Positions 29,101 through 38,514 of a DNA stretch of 64,000 nucleotides are shown piece after piece. The DNA comes from Lachnospiraceae bacterium (GTDB lineage Bacteria > Bacillota > Clostridia > Lachnospirales > Lachnospiraceae), in contig JAFSCH010000053.1 of the NCBI GenBank assembly GCA_017436865.1, positions 842 to 64,841 of the forward strand, in the 5' to 3' direction. The position numbers and the translations under genes were made by a program. How positions within the stretch are numbered: position 1 is the stretch's first letter; each line of letters starts with the position of its first letter. The notes beneath the pieces were generated by a model. It was not told where the DNA came from. It was given only the letters and a program-made list of their open reading frames with translations, and ran no database searches.

Positions 29101-31820
29101 GCATATCCTGAATGAATCTCGCCATGGAAAGTAAGATATGTAGAGCCTGTTCTGAAAGCATTCTCCTCGATTGTTAAAGCTTTTTCCCATCCTTCATTGT
29201 TTTGAATTGGATTAGTAAAATAAACATTTTCTAAATCCGGACAATTTCTAAATGCTCCTTCACCAATAAAGTTAACAGAATTTCCAATAGATACACTTCT
29301 TAACTTTGTAGCACCAGTTAATGCTTCTTTCTCAATTTTGGCAACTGTTCCGTCAGAAATAACAAGTTCATATATTTTATCCTTGATTTCCTTGAAACAT
29401 CCTTCTCCTAATGCCGTAATTCGATATCCACCTATCTGCTGTGGAACAACAAGCTGTGGAATATCCGTTTTGGAAGTCTTATCTGTATTCTTAAATTCTC
29501 TCAAGGTTGCTGTTTCTCCATCTGGATTAACCACTACAATGGCAAGATACTCACCATTTTCACCATAGCTCATCTCAAACTGCACGCCACCTTTTTCGTT
29601 CAGATACTTATACGGTACAAAGTTACTGTTTACCGTCTGAACTGCTCCCGCACATACTCGAACGGAAGAAGGAGTCACACCATCTTTTTCATATCCTGGT
29701 CCTTCAATGCCAAATAAAGTATTTGTAACATCACTAAATAAAGTTTCTCCGTCTTCATCTTTATCAAATTTTGTCCCATTTGGTAAATCTTCCGCATCAA
29801 ACCATACACCCGCACAAATACCTTCCTCTTTGTACGCACACTCACCAAAGATAGCCTTTTCTAATCCGGAACACCCCATCAATGTGTTATCAGGAATCTT
29901 CGTATCCCGCAAAGAAGCCGGGAATTTTATCTCTCTCAAACCTCTTCTGCCGGCAAGAATGTAATCATAATAAACCTCACCTTCCGTATTACCTGACTTT
30001 GGTATATTAACTGCAACCAACGCACTCTCTATTCCGAAAATGTCATCCTTGCCTGCTATAATTTTATCCAATCCATTCGGGAAAGCAAAACTATCCATAT
30101 TACCACTACTGCCTGAAGGTAACGCAAATGCACCTAAACCAATTTTCACAGTATATCCCGTTATATCAGGGAAAAACTTAGTAGCATCCACCCCATTTCC
30201 TAAGTCGTTACAATTATAAAATGCAAATGGGTAAATCGTTAATGACCAACCGGAAAGAATCTCACTTACGTAAAAAGAATTTAATCCGGATTTTGCAAAG
30301 CAGCCACGCCCAATAATGGACATTGCCCTCGGGAAAGATACCGTTTTAAGTCCCTGGCAGTTATAAAATGCCTCCGAGCCAAGAATACCAGACTTTGTTG
30401 GCTTAGACTCGTTTCCAAACGTAACAGTATTTAAATAAGTACAATCTCTAAATGCTCTATTTCCAATCACCTTACAATAGGCTAGATCAATACTCTTAAG
30501 TCCATCACACTTTAAAAATGCCTCATTCCCAATAAATTCCACCTGTGTAGATAGCTTTACATTAAGATTCTCTGGTGTATCCATAAACGCCTGATTTCCA
30601 ATACCTGTAATCAAGATACTTCCTGTCATAATGTAACCTTCAGGTGAAAGTTCTATAGAAGGCTTTGCTCCCGATTTATTATAAACAGGAATATATACGC
30701 TTCTAATTTCACCCGCATCGTTACCTGTGTACTCATCCAATGTTTTATCTGCATCCAATTTTAGCAAACTAAAGTTTTTCAAATCGCAGCCTAGATAACC
30801 AGTACATCTTTTTGTGATTGAATCCTCAAGAAACCTATCCTGCTTGTCACTGTCTATTCCAACCGGATATTGAATTTCCAAGCTCTTAAAAGCCGTATCA
30901 TTATATTTTGTTTTTAGTGAATCTGCTTGTGTTTGCCAGTTTTTTGCCATATCTGAAGTAATCTCACGTGCAGCATCTAATTCTGCAATCAATCCCTTAA
31001 CCGCATTATTATAGTTGGTAATTTCAGATACTTTTTCACCATACTTAACTGTTGCATAAGTAGCAAATATATCTTTATCCGTCATTCCTAGTCCGGCATC
31101 CAATCCATCCTTTATATTATAGCTTTTATCTTTAGATTGTTTATCCTCACTATCCCACTCAGAAACAGATATTGTTGATTGACTACTTCTATTATCCAAG
31201 TAAGTCTGGTTGTTCAAATCAATGGTTGCCGGTATTACGATTGTATAATCGGTATTACCATCATCGTTAACATCCAGATTGTATTCCTTACTTTTTTCAG
31301 TGGCATTTTCATTGAACTCAACTGCATAAGTTTCCGACTTAAGAATTTCTTCAACAGCAGCCTTGTAGCTTGCATTTATTGTAAAGTATCCCGTTGGTAG
31401 TTCTTTATCACTGATAATAACATCTCCGCCTCTTCCTGCATAGCCAACGATTACACCAGACTTTCCATCTTCTCTTTTATCAACGAAAAACTGACGCTGT
31501 AATGTATTACCTTCTACCGATACAATTTGATAATCCGATGCACTATCATTACTTGAATAGTATTCTGTTTTTCTTTTATAGTTTCCAGCATCTGATACAT
31601 CCTTATTTATAACGATATCATACTTATAGGCTTCATACAATTTGTCTAGATCTACTCCTTCTCTAGCAGTTGTCTTTGCCTGCATTGTACCAAGATTTTC
31701 AACCGGTATAGCCGCAACAATAACTGCCATTATCATAATAATAGCAGCTACCGTTTTTCGAATCGTTCTTTTTAACTTCTGATTCCTTCTTTTTCGCTGT
31801 TTCATAGTTGTCTTTGTCAT
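26163..31820 (-). CDS. large cell-wall-anchored LRR / InlB-B-repeat-like protein
   Basis: Signal peptide, LRR repeats, APEKVGFKFVGW repeat, G/T-rich linkers, C-terminal TPKTGD-hydrophobic-KKKKIK sorting signal. Confidence 0.88.
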   Translation of the reverse strand: MTKTTMKQRKRRNQKLKRTIRKTVAAIIMIMAVIVAAIPVENLGTMQAKTTAREGVDLDKLYEAYKYDIVINKDVSDAGNYKRKTEYYSSNDSASDYQIVSVEGNTLQRQFFVDKREDGKSGVIVGYAGRGGDVIISDKELPTGYFTINASYKAAVEEILKSETYAVEFNENATEKSKEYNLDVNDDGNTDYTIVIPATIDLNNQTYLDNRSSQSTISVSEWDSEDKQSKDKSYNIKDGLDAGLGMTDKDIFATYATVKYGEKVSEITNYNNAVKGLIAELDAAREITSDMAKNWQTQADSLKTKYNDTAFKSLEIQYPVGIDSDKQDRFLEDSITKRCTGYLGCDLKNFSLLKLDADKTLDEYTGNDAGEIRSVYIPVYNKSGAKPSIELSPEGYIMTGSILITGIGNQAFMDTPENLNVKLSTQVEFIGNEAFLKCDGLKSIDLAYCKVIGNRAFRDCTYLNTVTFGNESKPTKSGILGSEAFYNCQGLKTVSFPRAMSIIGRGCFAKSGLNSFYVSEILSGWSLTIYPFAFYNCNDLGNGVDATKFFPDITGYTVKIGLGAFALPSGSSGNMDSFAFPNGLDKIIAGKDDIFGIESALVAVNIPKSGNTEGEVYYDYILAGRRGLREIKFPASLRDTKIPDNTLMGCSGLEKAIFGECAYKEEGICAGVWFDAEDLPNGTKFDKDEDGETLFSDVTNTLFGIEGPGYEKDGVTPSSVRVCAGAVQTVNSNFVPYKYLNEKGGVQFEMSYGENGEYLAIVVVNPDGETATLREFKNTDKTSKTDIPQLVVPQQIGGYRITALGEGCFKEIKDKIYELVISDGTVAKIEKEALTGATKLRSVSIGNSVNFIGEGAFRNCPDLENVYFTNPIQNNEGWEKALTIEENAFRTGSTYLTFHGEIHSGYAPFEYAMDRNNQILKSGRNICYKTPAPSNLMVIRDNADDARTLVDYPHYNEIDLMNEEYVKKMEISTGINDYSIIDKFEDAQGWINDPAYDGEILTDMETQLVLSTLSIQIPDGVTSVDGKEYFENNSGSNGNADNFDYLTRVYERVEKSPYIEAKTIKRQINEGTDYNDVVRLYSEDGYTANKSRGYASDTATAGLFSGYFYDDKNGESFIGNKFTFSGNSDLNGQPYAELETEGNDLLTDVGLGSSKVLPDYAFRSCENLLSVSIGDKMYDMGKAPFRGCSKLTGIVGNSRFFSENAIIYENTADIATDTGEEVNEEAPYRIVECLEARGTNMVIASSINDKEDENLSKVGAVEEEAFAYCDSITGVDLTASKIAKIPDNCFKASSALNSVMLPETVKYIGIDAFDETTTDVWIYSRDCVINNSFGDNYKGDIYGYRYKDDANTEDSDIYIYCKENGLEKNFHEIGYFITFVSEGATIATLSVDEGGSVTPPEAPEKVGFKFVGWEWKTTDEKGNEKIVTGAEAYQNVHENRRLVAKYDIGFGVVSDGNPYKLKITGGKDMNGNSNFDSIMGGTPVYLVADESSGKPFQYWTAVGSKKNADGTTETVDCSHLLGDIHSAKTSFIMDNMDIEIVAHFTTAENGNGTGNGGSGNGSGTGSGTGTETKYKVTVNYGSGSGDYKAGDVVTINAYAASSSNKEFSRWTSTNTSIGFANANSASTSFVMPAAAVTVTANYKTRTADDDDDSELEALNKRKPTSTTTTVTTGTNNATVTTTTGTVTNATTTTTTGDNITINKGGISNTSVASTQVEGAADNFVVKVTDSTEAVTQAEEALKNKYGSLDGILYFPMDISLYDVTGKNMITDTTGLDVNVTLPIPDELIQYGGNVRVAAIENGQIEDLNVRFTTIDGIACMSFVAPHFSPYVVYVDTNNLVAGQMLDATPKTGDPIHPKWFLAMGMACLSVILFTTGDKKKKIKMA

Positions 31821-31835
31821 ATTGCATCTCCCCAT

Positions 31836-33029
31836 TTATTCATTCACCCTTTTCGCTACGACTACAAATCTTCCTTCCTTCTCCTGATAATCACAGGTGG
31901 ACAAAGTCAAGAGCTTGTCCCCATAGTTTGCAGTCACTTGTGTATCATATAGTGACAATGCTTTCATATCATTCATATAAGAGTTGAACTCTTTTTCTGA
32001 ATTTGCATTGATAAACTGATAGTATTTGAATGTTACATTCTCCTCTGAATATACCTTTGAACGAAATACATACATAATCTCATATGTGCCTTTTTCATAA
32101 ATGGTATCAAACTGTATTTTAGGATGTTCCTGATAATATTCTTCGCTACTATATTTATGTAAGCTTCCAAACATTTTACCAGACTGCATATGATGTCCGT
32201 ATAAAATGACATTGTCACAGCCTTCGATTACATCGCATTGATAATCCATAAAGATACATCCGTTTTTATCCTTTTCCTGATTGAAGTTATGATCTAGATA
32301 GTAATCATTATTCACCGTCTGCATAACTGGGTAATCTATAACCGTATCTTCTATCTTAATCCAACCAATCAATTTCTTGTTTTTATTGAATAAGGTTTTA
32401 TACTCGTCCAAGATTTCTTTTTCTTCCTGCTTTGTTTTTTCCGTTTTTCGAATAACAACAGAAGGATTATCATAATAGCTATTGTTTCGTAAGGTATCAG
32501 TATTTTCTTTTAACGCCGCAAGTTCCGTGAAATCATTTGCACTACTTTTTGTTTCTTGATAATAAATAACTAAATACCCAAAACTTATCATACAAACTAT
32601 CATACATGTAACTATTGTTAACCTTCGACGTTTTTCCTTCTTTTGTAGGTATTTTAAAATTTCCTCTTTCATATTACTATCAAAATCTTCTAACTTGCCC
32701 AATGACTTCTGTGTTCTTTCTGTTTTTAGTCGTGTAGGATTTTTTTCAGGTTGGTTCTTTGAGCTTTTCTGTTCTTTTTTTACTTTCTCCTCTTCTTTCA
32801 TTTTGGTATAAAGCTCATATATGTTATCATCAAATTGTCTACCAACAATAGATTCAAACTGATATTTTCCCTGCTTCAACTCCAAATATATCTTTTCCAC
32901 ATCCTTTGGACGCTCCAATTTCAGATTCATCATAATAGAATCAATGAGTACCTTATCACGCTTTGCCGCCATATATTCTTCCTGGTTACAAAACCGTCTC
33001 CCATCTATTTTCCATTGTAAACCCTCCAT
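31836..33029 (-). CDS. srtB: class B sortase with long N-terminal extension
   Basis: GWIKI..IDYPVMQ, YYL, ILYGHHM..GKMF, LTLSTC, GRFVVVA. Confidence 0.92.
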   Translation of the reverse strand: MEGLQWKIDGRRFCNQEEYMAAKRDKVLIDSIMMNLKLERPKDVEKIYLELKQGKYQFESIVGRQFDDNIYELYTKMKEEEKVKKEQKSSKNQPEKNPTRLKTERTQKSLGKLEDFDSNMKEEILKYLQKKEKRRRLTIVTCMIVCMISFGYLVIYYQETKSSANDFTELAALKENTDTLRNNSYYDNPSVVIRKTEKTKQEEKEILDEYKTLFNKNKKLIGWIKIEDTVIDYPVMQTVNNDYYLDHNFNQEKDKNGCIFMDYQCDVIEGCDNVILYGHHMQSGKMFGSLHKYSSEEYYQEHPKIQFDTIYEKGTYEIMYVFRSKVYSEENVTFKYYQFINANSEKEFNSYMNDMKALSLYDTQVTANYGDKLLTLSTCDYQEKEGRFVVVAKRVNE

Positions 33030-33282
33030 CTGTTCACCCCTTACAATACCATTTCTGCCTATCCACACAACATGTATTTCACATAATATTTTAATAATAA
33101 CTAGTTTACATATATAATTTTACTATATTTTCAGATAATTTCAAGTCTTTTTCTGTTTTTGTGTTTATTTTGATGTATTTTCTACTTTTTTATGTTATAG
33201 TCATATCTACATTCTCCTTGAACAAACAAAACTGCTTCCCATGATATCATTATATCCTTCCATGGAAAGCAGCTCATCCTCG

Positions 33283-35736
33283 CTATACTTCAATATAGCA
33301 TTTTACTCTTTTCTTCTTATTGCCCATACAAAGAATTAACACGCCCATTGAAAATAAACAGCAAACCAATAAACTTCTATACTCTAATGGATCTCCCGTT
33401 TTTGGTGTTGTATCTTTAACATGTGAAGCCCCAGTTGGAGTGCTTGTCCCAGTTGGGGGCACCACTGGTTGCGTATTTGTTCCAGGCGGTGCAACCACTA
33501 CGCCAGATTGTACCGGTACTATACTTGGAGCCGAAGTTACACTTGATGTTGAATTACTGTTACCCGTTCCTGTGTTTCCACTTGAGCCTGAACCGCTAGA
33601 ACTTCCTGAGCCACCAGCGTTTCCCGAACCACCAGAACTTCCTCCACTACTATTTGTTCCCGAATTATTATTACCACCCGGAGCAGGTTGTGTATTACCA
33701 GAATTTGAATTATTGTCTGGTACTTTTTCTTCCATGCTTCCTGTATAAATAACAACATACTCTGAGAAATGATATGTTTCAAACTCTACACAATATACTC
33801 CACTTGTTGAATGTTTAATCACTTTTGGAGAAGGATCTTCAATCAGTTCCAATTCTTCTGGAGTAATATTATATTTTGTCGTATACACTCTCACCTTCCC
33901 TTGTGTATCAATTTCTTTCTTATTTTGCCATGCAGACGGTAATGGAAGCGTTATTTTAAACTTATTCTGTTTTTTATAATCCGTAAATTTCGCTCCATCT
34001 TTGTTAAACTCAATATTCATAAAGAACAATCTGTTTACATCTGTTATTTTAACATTTGTTTTAACTAACCGATGCAATGGTGATTCTACATCCACATTCG
34101 GAGTAAAGGCAATCGTATATGTACCATCTTTTTCTAATTTAGGTGGACGAACAGATACATATGTATTGTAGCCCGTACTACCAGCTGCTGTATTCGAATC
34201 ATACAAAGACGATACCGGCGCTTCAAACACAACACCTTGACTTCCACTATCAGAACTCATATACACAAAATCAGGATAAGACGTTACAAGCTTATTTCCC
34301 TGTTCACTTGCCTGCGAACTATTTCCTCTCAAAATAACCTTTCTCCCCAGATTTTTCATGCCACTAAAAGCATCACCCATTACATTTCCTATCGAAGGTG
34401 GCAATGTAACACTTTCTATGCTATCCATATTGTCAAATGCATTAGGAACAATCGTAATAACCGAATCTGGAATCACTACATCTATAGCTCCTACATTATC
34501 TTTATTTCCATCAAATTTATACAATACTTTTCCATCAGCGCTTATATGAAAACCTTTTTCAGAAATTGTAATACCATCCAAGTCAAAAATTCGATACCAT
34601 TTTTTATACAAATCGGTTTTCTTTGTAATTGGCATATTCATTATGAATTGTGTAGTGCAATTCATATCGCTATACCAGTATGAATCTGTTTTCATATTTT
34701 CTCCCGGCGGAACAATTTTGTTCTCATCCGGGAATTTCGCAGTCTCAATAATAGAATTATATGGGACCTGTATCGCATAGCTGCCTTCTCCCTCATAAGT
34801 TGCCCCATCCTTCATATGAAATGAAACTTCATACGAAGTAGTATCTGTAACAGCAGTAAAGGTTCTATCCTTATCTATAAGAAAATCCCATGTCTCAACC
34901 TTATTGCCAATCTCATCATTCCAATATAAAATACGATGCCCCTCTTTTATCGGCATTGTGAAGCCTTTTGTTGAAGCAACCGGAGCTGGAACTGTTTCTC
35001 CACCTAACACCTCAATGCTCTGCGTCGAAGGTTCAAAACCTGCTACCGAAAAAATCACTTTATACTTAGTAGTATTTTCTGATGCCCACACTGCATAAAT
35101 GGTAACATCATCTGTGATTGGTTCATCAAAGTCCCACTCTACCCCTGATGTACTACTCTTCGCATACCAACCTTTAAATCTATATTCATTATCATTAATT
35201 TCATATATTGTAGCATCCACTACCAACTCTTTTTCATCTTCATCAATTTTTATCTTTGTTGGTTTAGGTACCTTAGCTCCAATTTTTGTATCAATTTCCA
35301 TTACAAGTGAAGATTCATTAACCTGGCTACCATCAGCTACAGCAGACAAAGATACTCCAGAGGAAAATCCCAAATTATAAGTAATTGTTATTTTCTTAAT
35401 CGAAGTAGTATCACCACTCGACGTACTGTCTGTATTTTCTGACGGAGTACTGTTTTCATCTATGGGCTCTCCTATCCCTTCTGTCGGAGTACCAGAACCT
35501 TCATTACCCGTTGTCAGAAGTGCCATATTTTCTTCACTTCCCGCATCCTGTGATGATTCACCTTCAATAGAATCTTTCGCATTCTCATCTTCCTCTTCAT
35601 CAACAGTATCCCCAATAGAACCATCTTCCATAATCGTGTCTTCATCCGCCAGCACATCACCCATCGGTATCTGTGAAAGCACAATTGCAAAAATAATTAA
35701 GCTGACACCTAGAATATTTTTTAGTCTTCGATACAT
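33283..35736 (-). CDS. cell-wall-anchored InlB-B-repeat/LRR protein
   Basis: Signal peptide, FKGWY..WDFDEPITDDVTIYAVW repeats, HFSEY module, Gly/Ser linker, TPKTGD sorting signal. Confidence 0.88.
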   Translation of the reverse strand: MYRRLKNILGVSLIIFAIVLSQIPMGDVLADEDTIMEDGSIGDTVDEEEDENAKDSIEGESSQDAGSEENMALLTTGNEGSGTPTEGIGEPIDENSTPSENTDSTSSGDTTSIKKITITYNLGFSSGVSLSAVADGSQVNESSLVMEIDTKIGAKVPKPTKIKIDEDEKELVVDATIYEINDNEYRFKGWYAKSSTSGVEWDFDEPITDDVTIYAVWASENTTKYKVIFSVAGFEPSTQSIEVLGGETVPAPVASTKGFTMPIKEGHRILYWNDEIGNKVETWDFLIDKDRTFTAVTDTTSYEVSFHMKDGATYEGEGSYAIQVPYNSIIETAKFPDENKIVPPGENMKTDSYWYSDMNCTTQFIMNMPITKKTDLYKKWYRIFDLDGITISEKGFHISADGKVLYKFDGNKDNVGAIDVVIPDSVITIVPNAFDNMDSIESVTLPPSIGNVMGDAFSGMKNLGRKVILRGNSSQASEQGNKLVTSYPDFVYMSSDSGSQGVVFEAPVSSLYDSNTAAGSTGYNTYVSVRPPKLEKDGTYTIAFTPNVDVESPLHRLVKTNVKITDVNRLFFMNIEFNKDGAKFTDYKKQNKFKITLPLPSAWQNKKEIDTQGKVRVYTTKYNITPEELELIEDPSPKVIKHSTSGVYCVEFETYHFSEYVVIYTGSMEEKVPDNNSNSGNTQPAPGGNNNSGTNSSGGSSGGSGNAGGSGSSSGSGSSGNTGTGNSNSTSSVTSAPSIVPVQSGVVVAPPGTNTQPVVPPTGTSTPTGASHVKDTTPKTGDPLEYRSLLVCCLFSMGVLILCMGNKKKRVKCYIEV

Positions 35737-35885
35737 AAAATTCCCCTCTTTTGCGTTTTAATATCTGTTAATGGATTATGTCATCTCATTGTTGATTATA
35801 TTATATATTATTTTTTTGCAATTGTATAGTCAATTGTAAAAATTTTATTTAACTTTATTATGTAATCTTATTTTTTAAATGTGTA

Positions 35886-35912
35886 ACACATTTTCATTTA
35901 TCACATATAGTA
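35886..35912 (+). promoter_or_regulatory. sigma-K-like promoter
   Basis: AC (35886-35887), 16 bp, CATATAGTA (35904-35912). Confidence 0.55.
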
Positions 35913-35938
35913 TAAAAAAACCTTTTGGAGGTACTCAA

Positions 35939-36226
35939 ATGAGTGACTTAACAGCAAGTAATTGTGGATGTGAAAATGACAACAGATGTGGATGTAACTG
36001 CGGATGTGGTTCCAGTTTAATTGGAGGAAACAGCAATAGCTGGATTTGGATTATCCTTCTTCTCTCATGCTGCGGTGGATGTGGTAACGGATTCTTTGGT
36101 GGAAACAACAACTGTGGATGCGGATGTGTTTCAGATACCAATTCAAACTTTGGTGGTAATAGCTGTATTTGGATTATCATTCTTCTTTTCTTCTGTGGTG
36201 GCTGCAACAACAACGGTTGCTGCTAA
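35939..36226 (+). CDS. small Cys/Gly/Asn-rich protein, probable spore coat/exosporium component
   Basis: RBS GGAGG; 95 aa with two repeats CGCGC..GGNS.(W/C)IWII.LL..CGGC; followed by a terminator at 36238-36270. Confidence 0.75.
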   Translation: MSDLTASNCGCENDNRCGCNCGCGSSLIGGNSNSWIWIILLLSCCGGCGNGFFGGNNNCGCGCVSDTNSNFGGNSCIWIIILLFFCGGCNNNGCC

Positions 36227-36275
36227 TTCTTAGCACTGCCAATGGGTTCAATTTGAGCCCATTGGCTTTTCTTAG

Positions 36276-36304
36276 TCATATATTCTTTTTTTTATTCATA
36301 AGAT
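36276..36304 (+). promoter_or_regulatory. sigma-E-like promoter
   Basis: TCATATA-14 bp-CATAAGAT. Confidence 0.55.
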
Positions 36305-36334
36305 ATTTTAAGTTAATTACCTAATGGAGGCTTT

Positions 36335-36823
36335 ATGAGTGAATTGGATAATGAAAATGACTACACTTTGGTCTTTGACCATTTCTATACAACAAACCAT
36401 ATCCAAATACTAAAGTCTCTACTTCCTTTTTTTCACACAGGATTATTTTCTTATCTTCCTGTGCTTATCAAATATTTAGAGCTACAGCACACTTTAGAAC
36501 TAACAAAAAAAAGAATGCAACCTCTCAATCATGGAATCTATGCCGCCAGTAACCAATCCCATGATCTAGATGAAATCTATAAGACAATCAAAAAATATCT
36601 TACACCTGAAGAAGAAAAGAATATACATCAGATCTTAGACATGATGCATACAATGGAAAACGTAAAAGAAATGCAAAAAATGATGGAATTTTTTCAAAAC
36701 ATGACTGGTGACGATAGTTCTTCAGCGAATCCATTTCCTGATTTATCCATGTTTGAAAACATCATGGGTAACAATATGAATATGGCTGATATCATGCAAT
36801 TTTTTAATAATATAAATACATAA
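36335..36823 (+). CDS. hypothetical protein (Met-rich C-terminus)
   Basis: RBS GGAGG, 162 aa. Confidence 0.8.
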   Translation: MSELDNENDYTLVFDHFYTTNHIQILKSLLPFFHTGLFSYLPVLIKYLELQHTLELTKKRMQPLNHGIYAASNQSHDLDEIYKTIKKYLTPEEEKNIHQILDMMHTMENVKEMQKMMEFFQNMTGDDSSSANPFPDLSMFENIMGNNMNMADIMQFFNNINT

Positions 36824-36839
36824 TCATAGGAGGTATCAA

Positions 36840-37112
36840 ATGAGCGATACAAACACTGACTGGATGAAAGACCCTGCCTTAGCAGGTATAGACAAAAATA
36901 AGTTAATCTTCTTAGAAAAACTATTTTTTCAAGGCTCTAAATTAACGCAAAAAGAAATGATGCCTTTTCTGCTTTCCTTGTCAAAGCAAAGCAGAGAAAA
37001 CAACATTTCTTTTCAAAAAGATGAAATAAAATTAATCTATTCTGTTCTTCAAAAATATTCTACACCCGAAGATATCGAGAAGATGAAAAAGTTTTCTTCT
37101 TATTTCCAATAG
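36840..37112 (+). CDS. hypothetical protein
   Basis: RBS AGGAGG, 90 aa, follows the previous gene by 16 bp. Confidence 0.8.
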   Translation: MSDTNTDWMKDPALAGIDKNKLIFLEKLFFQGSKLTQKEMMPFLLSLSKQSRENNISFQKDEIKLIYSVLQKYSTPEDIEKMKKFSSYFQ

Positions 37113-37121
37113 CTAATTTTC

Positions 37122-38264
37122 TTACTTTTGTATTTTCTTAGCTATTACAACAAATCTTCCATCTTCCTTATATCTGTCACAAGTCGAAAGTATCAAACAG
37201 GAATCGCCAAAGGAAAGTGTCTCTCCTGTTGTATATAACGCCTTTTCTGATATATTTTCATAGAAGGCGTTAAAACTTTCTTCTGTGCTCATATCAATCG
37301 CATCATAGTAGCGAAATACATCCTCATCTGCGTACGCAACCTCTGAAAGCATTGCTGCAACTACTTTATATTCAGCTTCTTCATATAAGCTGTCAAATTG
37401 AATAATCGGATGCTTTTCGCAGAAGTCTTTACTTTTATAATTTTTGAGAGTACCAAACATTACCCCAGAACTCATGTTGTGCCCATATATGATAAAGTTC
37501 TGTGCACCGCTCATCAAGTCACATCGATAATCCAAAATTAGAAGTCCGTTTTTATCTTTCTTTCCATCAAAATTTTTATCAAGATAATAATCATTATCTC
37601 CTGACCTTGTCATAACAGGATAATCAATTTTCATCCCATCAATCTTTAGCCATCCCCTAATATCTGGATTTTCCGCATATAATTCTTTGAACTTACTAAG
37701 CAATTGCGGTTTGTGTTCTTGCTCATACGCTGCAGCTTGAGCAAGTGCTATCTGTTCCTCTTGAATCCGTTTTAAGACAGCTTCCTGTGCTTGTTTTTCC
37801 TTCCACAAATCTTCGATTCTTGCCGCTCTTTCTGCCTCAACCATTCTCTCCTGCAACTGGTATGCATCATAATTGGTCTTCATATCCAAAAGAATATTCC
37901 AATTTAGATAAATCACACATACTACAAATACCGCAGAAAAGATAAAAACAACCATTCCTTTGTTCGTCCTCGAAAATCTTTCACGATTCGCTATCCTTCT
38001 CCGTTCCTCACCAATTTTACTTCTTATCCTCTTTATTTGTCTTTCTGACATGGTATCCATGATTCTATCTAAAAAATCAAGTCCTACCGAAGTTTCAAAT
38101 TGAATATTTTCCTTCAGAATGCGATAGTACAACTGTACCGCTAATTTTTCTGTCAACTGCGCATTACCTTTCATAAGGAGTCGTATCATCTGCATATCTG
38201 TTTCCATTTTGTCATCTTCATCATTATAAATCTGAAGTTTTTTCTCAAATGTTGTTTTTCCCAT
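37122..38264 (-). CDS. srtB: second class B sortase with long N-terminal extension
   Basis: NPDIRGWLKI..IDYPVM, IIYGHNM..GVMF, LILSTC, GRFVVIA. Confidence 0.92.
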   Translation of the reverse strand: MGKTTFEKKLQIYNDEDDKMETDMQMIRLLMKGNAQLTEKLAVQLYYRILKENIQFETSVGLDFLDRIMDTMSERQIKRIRSKIGEERRRIANRERFSRTNKGMVVFIFSAVFVVCVIYLNWNILLDMKTNYDAYQLQERMVEAERAARIEDLWKEKQAQEAVLKRIQEEQIALAQAAAYEQEHKPQLLSKFKELYAENPDIRGWLKIDGMKIDYPVMTRSGDNDYYLDKNFDGKKDKNGLLILDYRCDLMSGAQNFIIYGHNMSSGVMFGTLKNYKSKDFCEKHPIIQFDSLYEEAEYKVVAAMLSEVAYADEDVFRYYDAIDMSTEESFNAFYENISEKALYTTGETLSFGDSCLILSTCDRYKEDGRFVVIAKKIQK

Positions 38265-38514
38265 CTTACACCTATATTGCCAGTTAATTCGTAACGATTC
38301 AACGCTTTCATAGTTGCGTCAATTGTTTATGTAACCTGCTATCGTTTATATTATAGTACATATTTCCTTAATTGTATATACATTTTATGTAAATATTTTT
38401 AATTTTTGCTTATTTTATCCTTTTATTATATATTATGACTTTTCTCAAGCTATTTCTTCACCACATTTTCCAAAAAGAAAACGGCCTTTCCCATAAAAAG
38501 CCGTTTTCTTCTTA

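Noticed and set aside
35935-36233. Alternative-frame ORFs over the Cys-rich gene
   Set aside because: Only the frame starting at 35939 has an RBS, a promoter and a terminator
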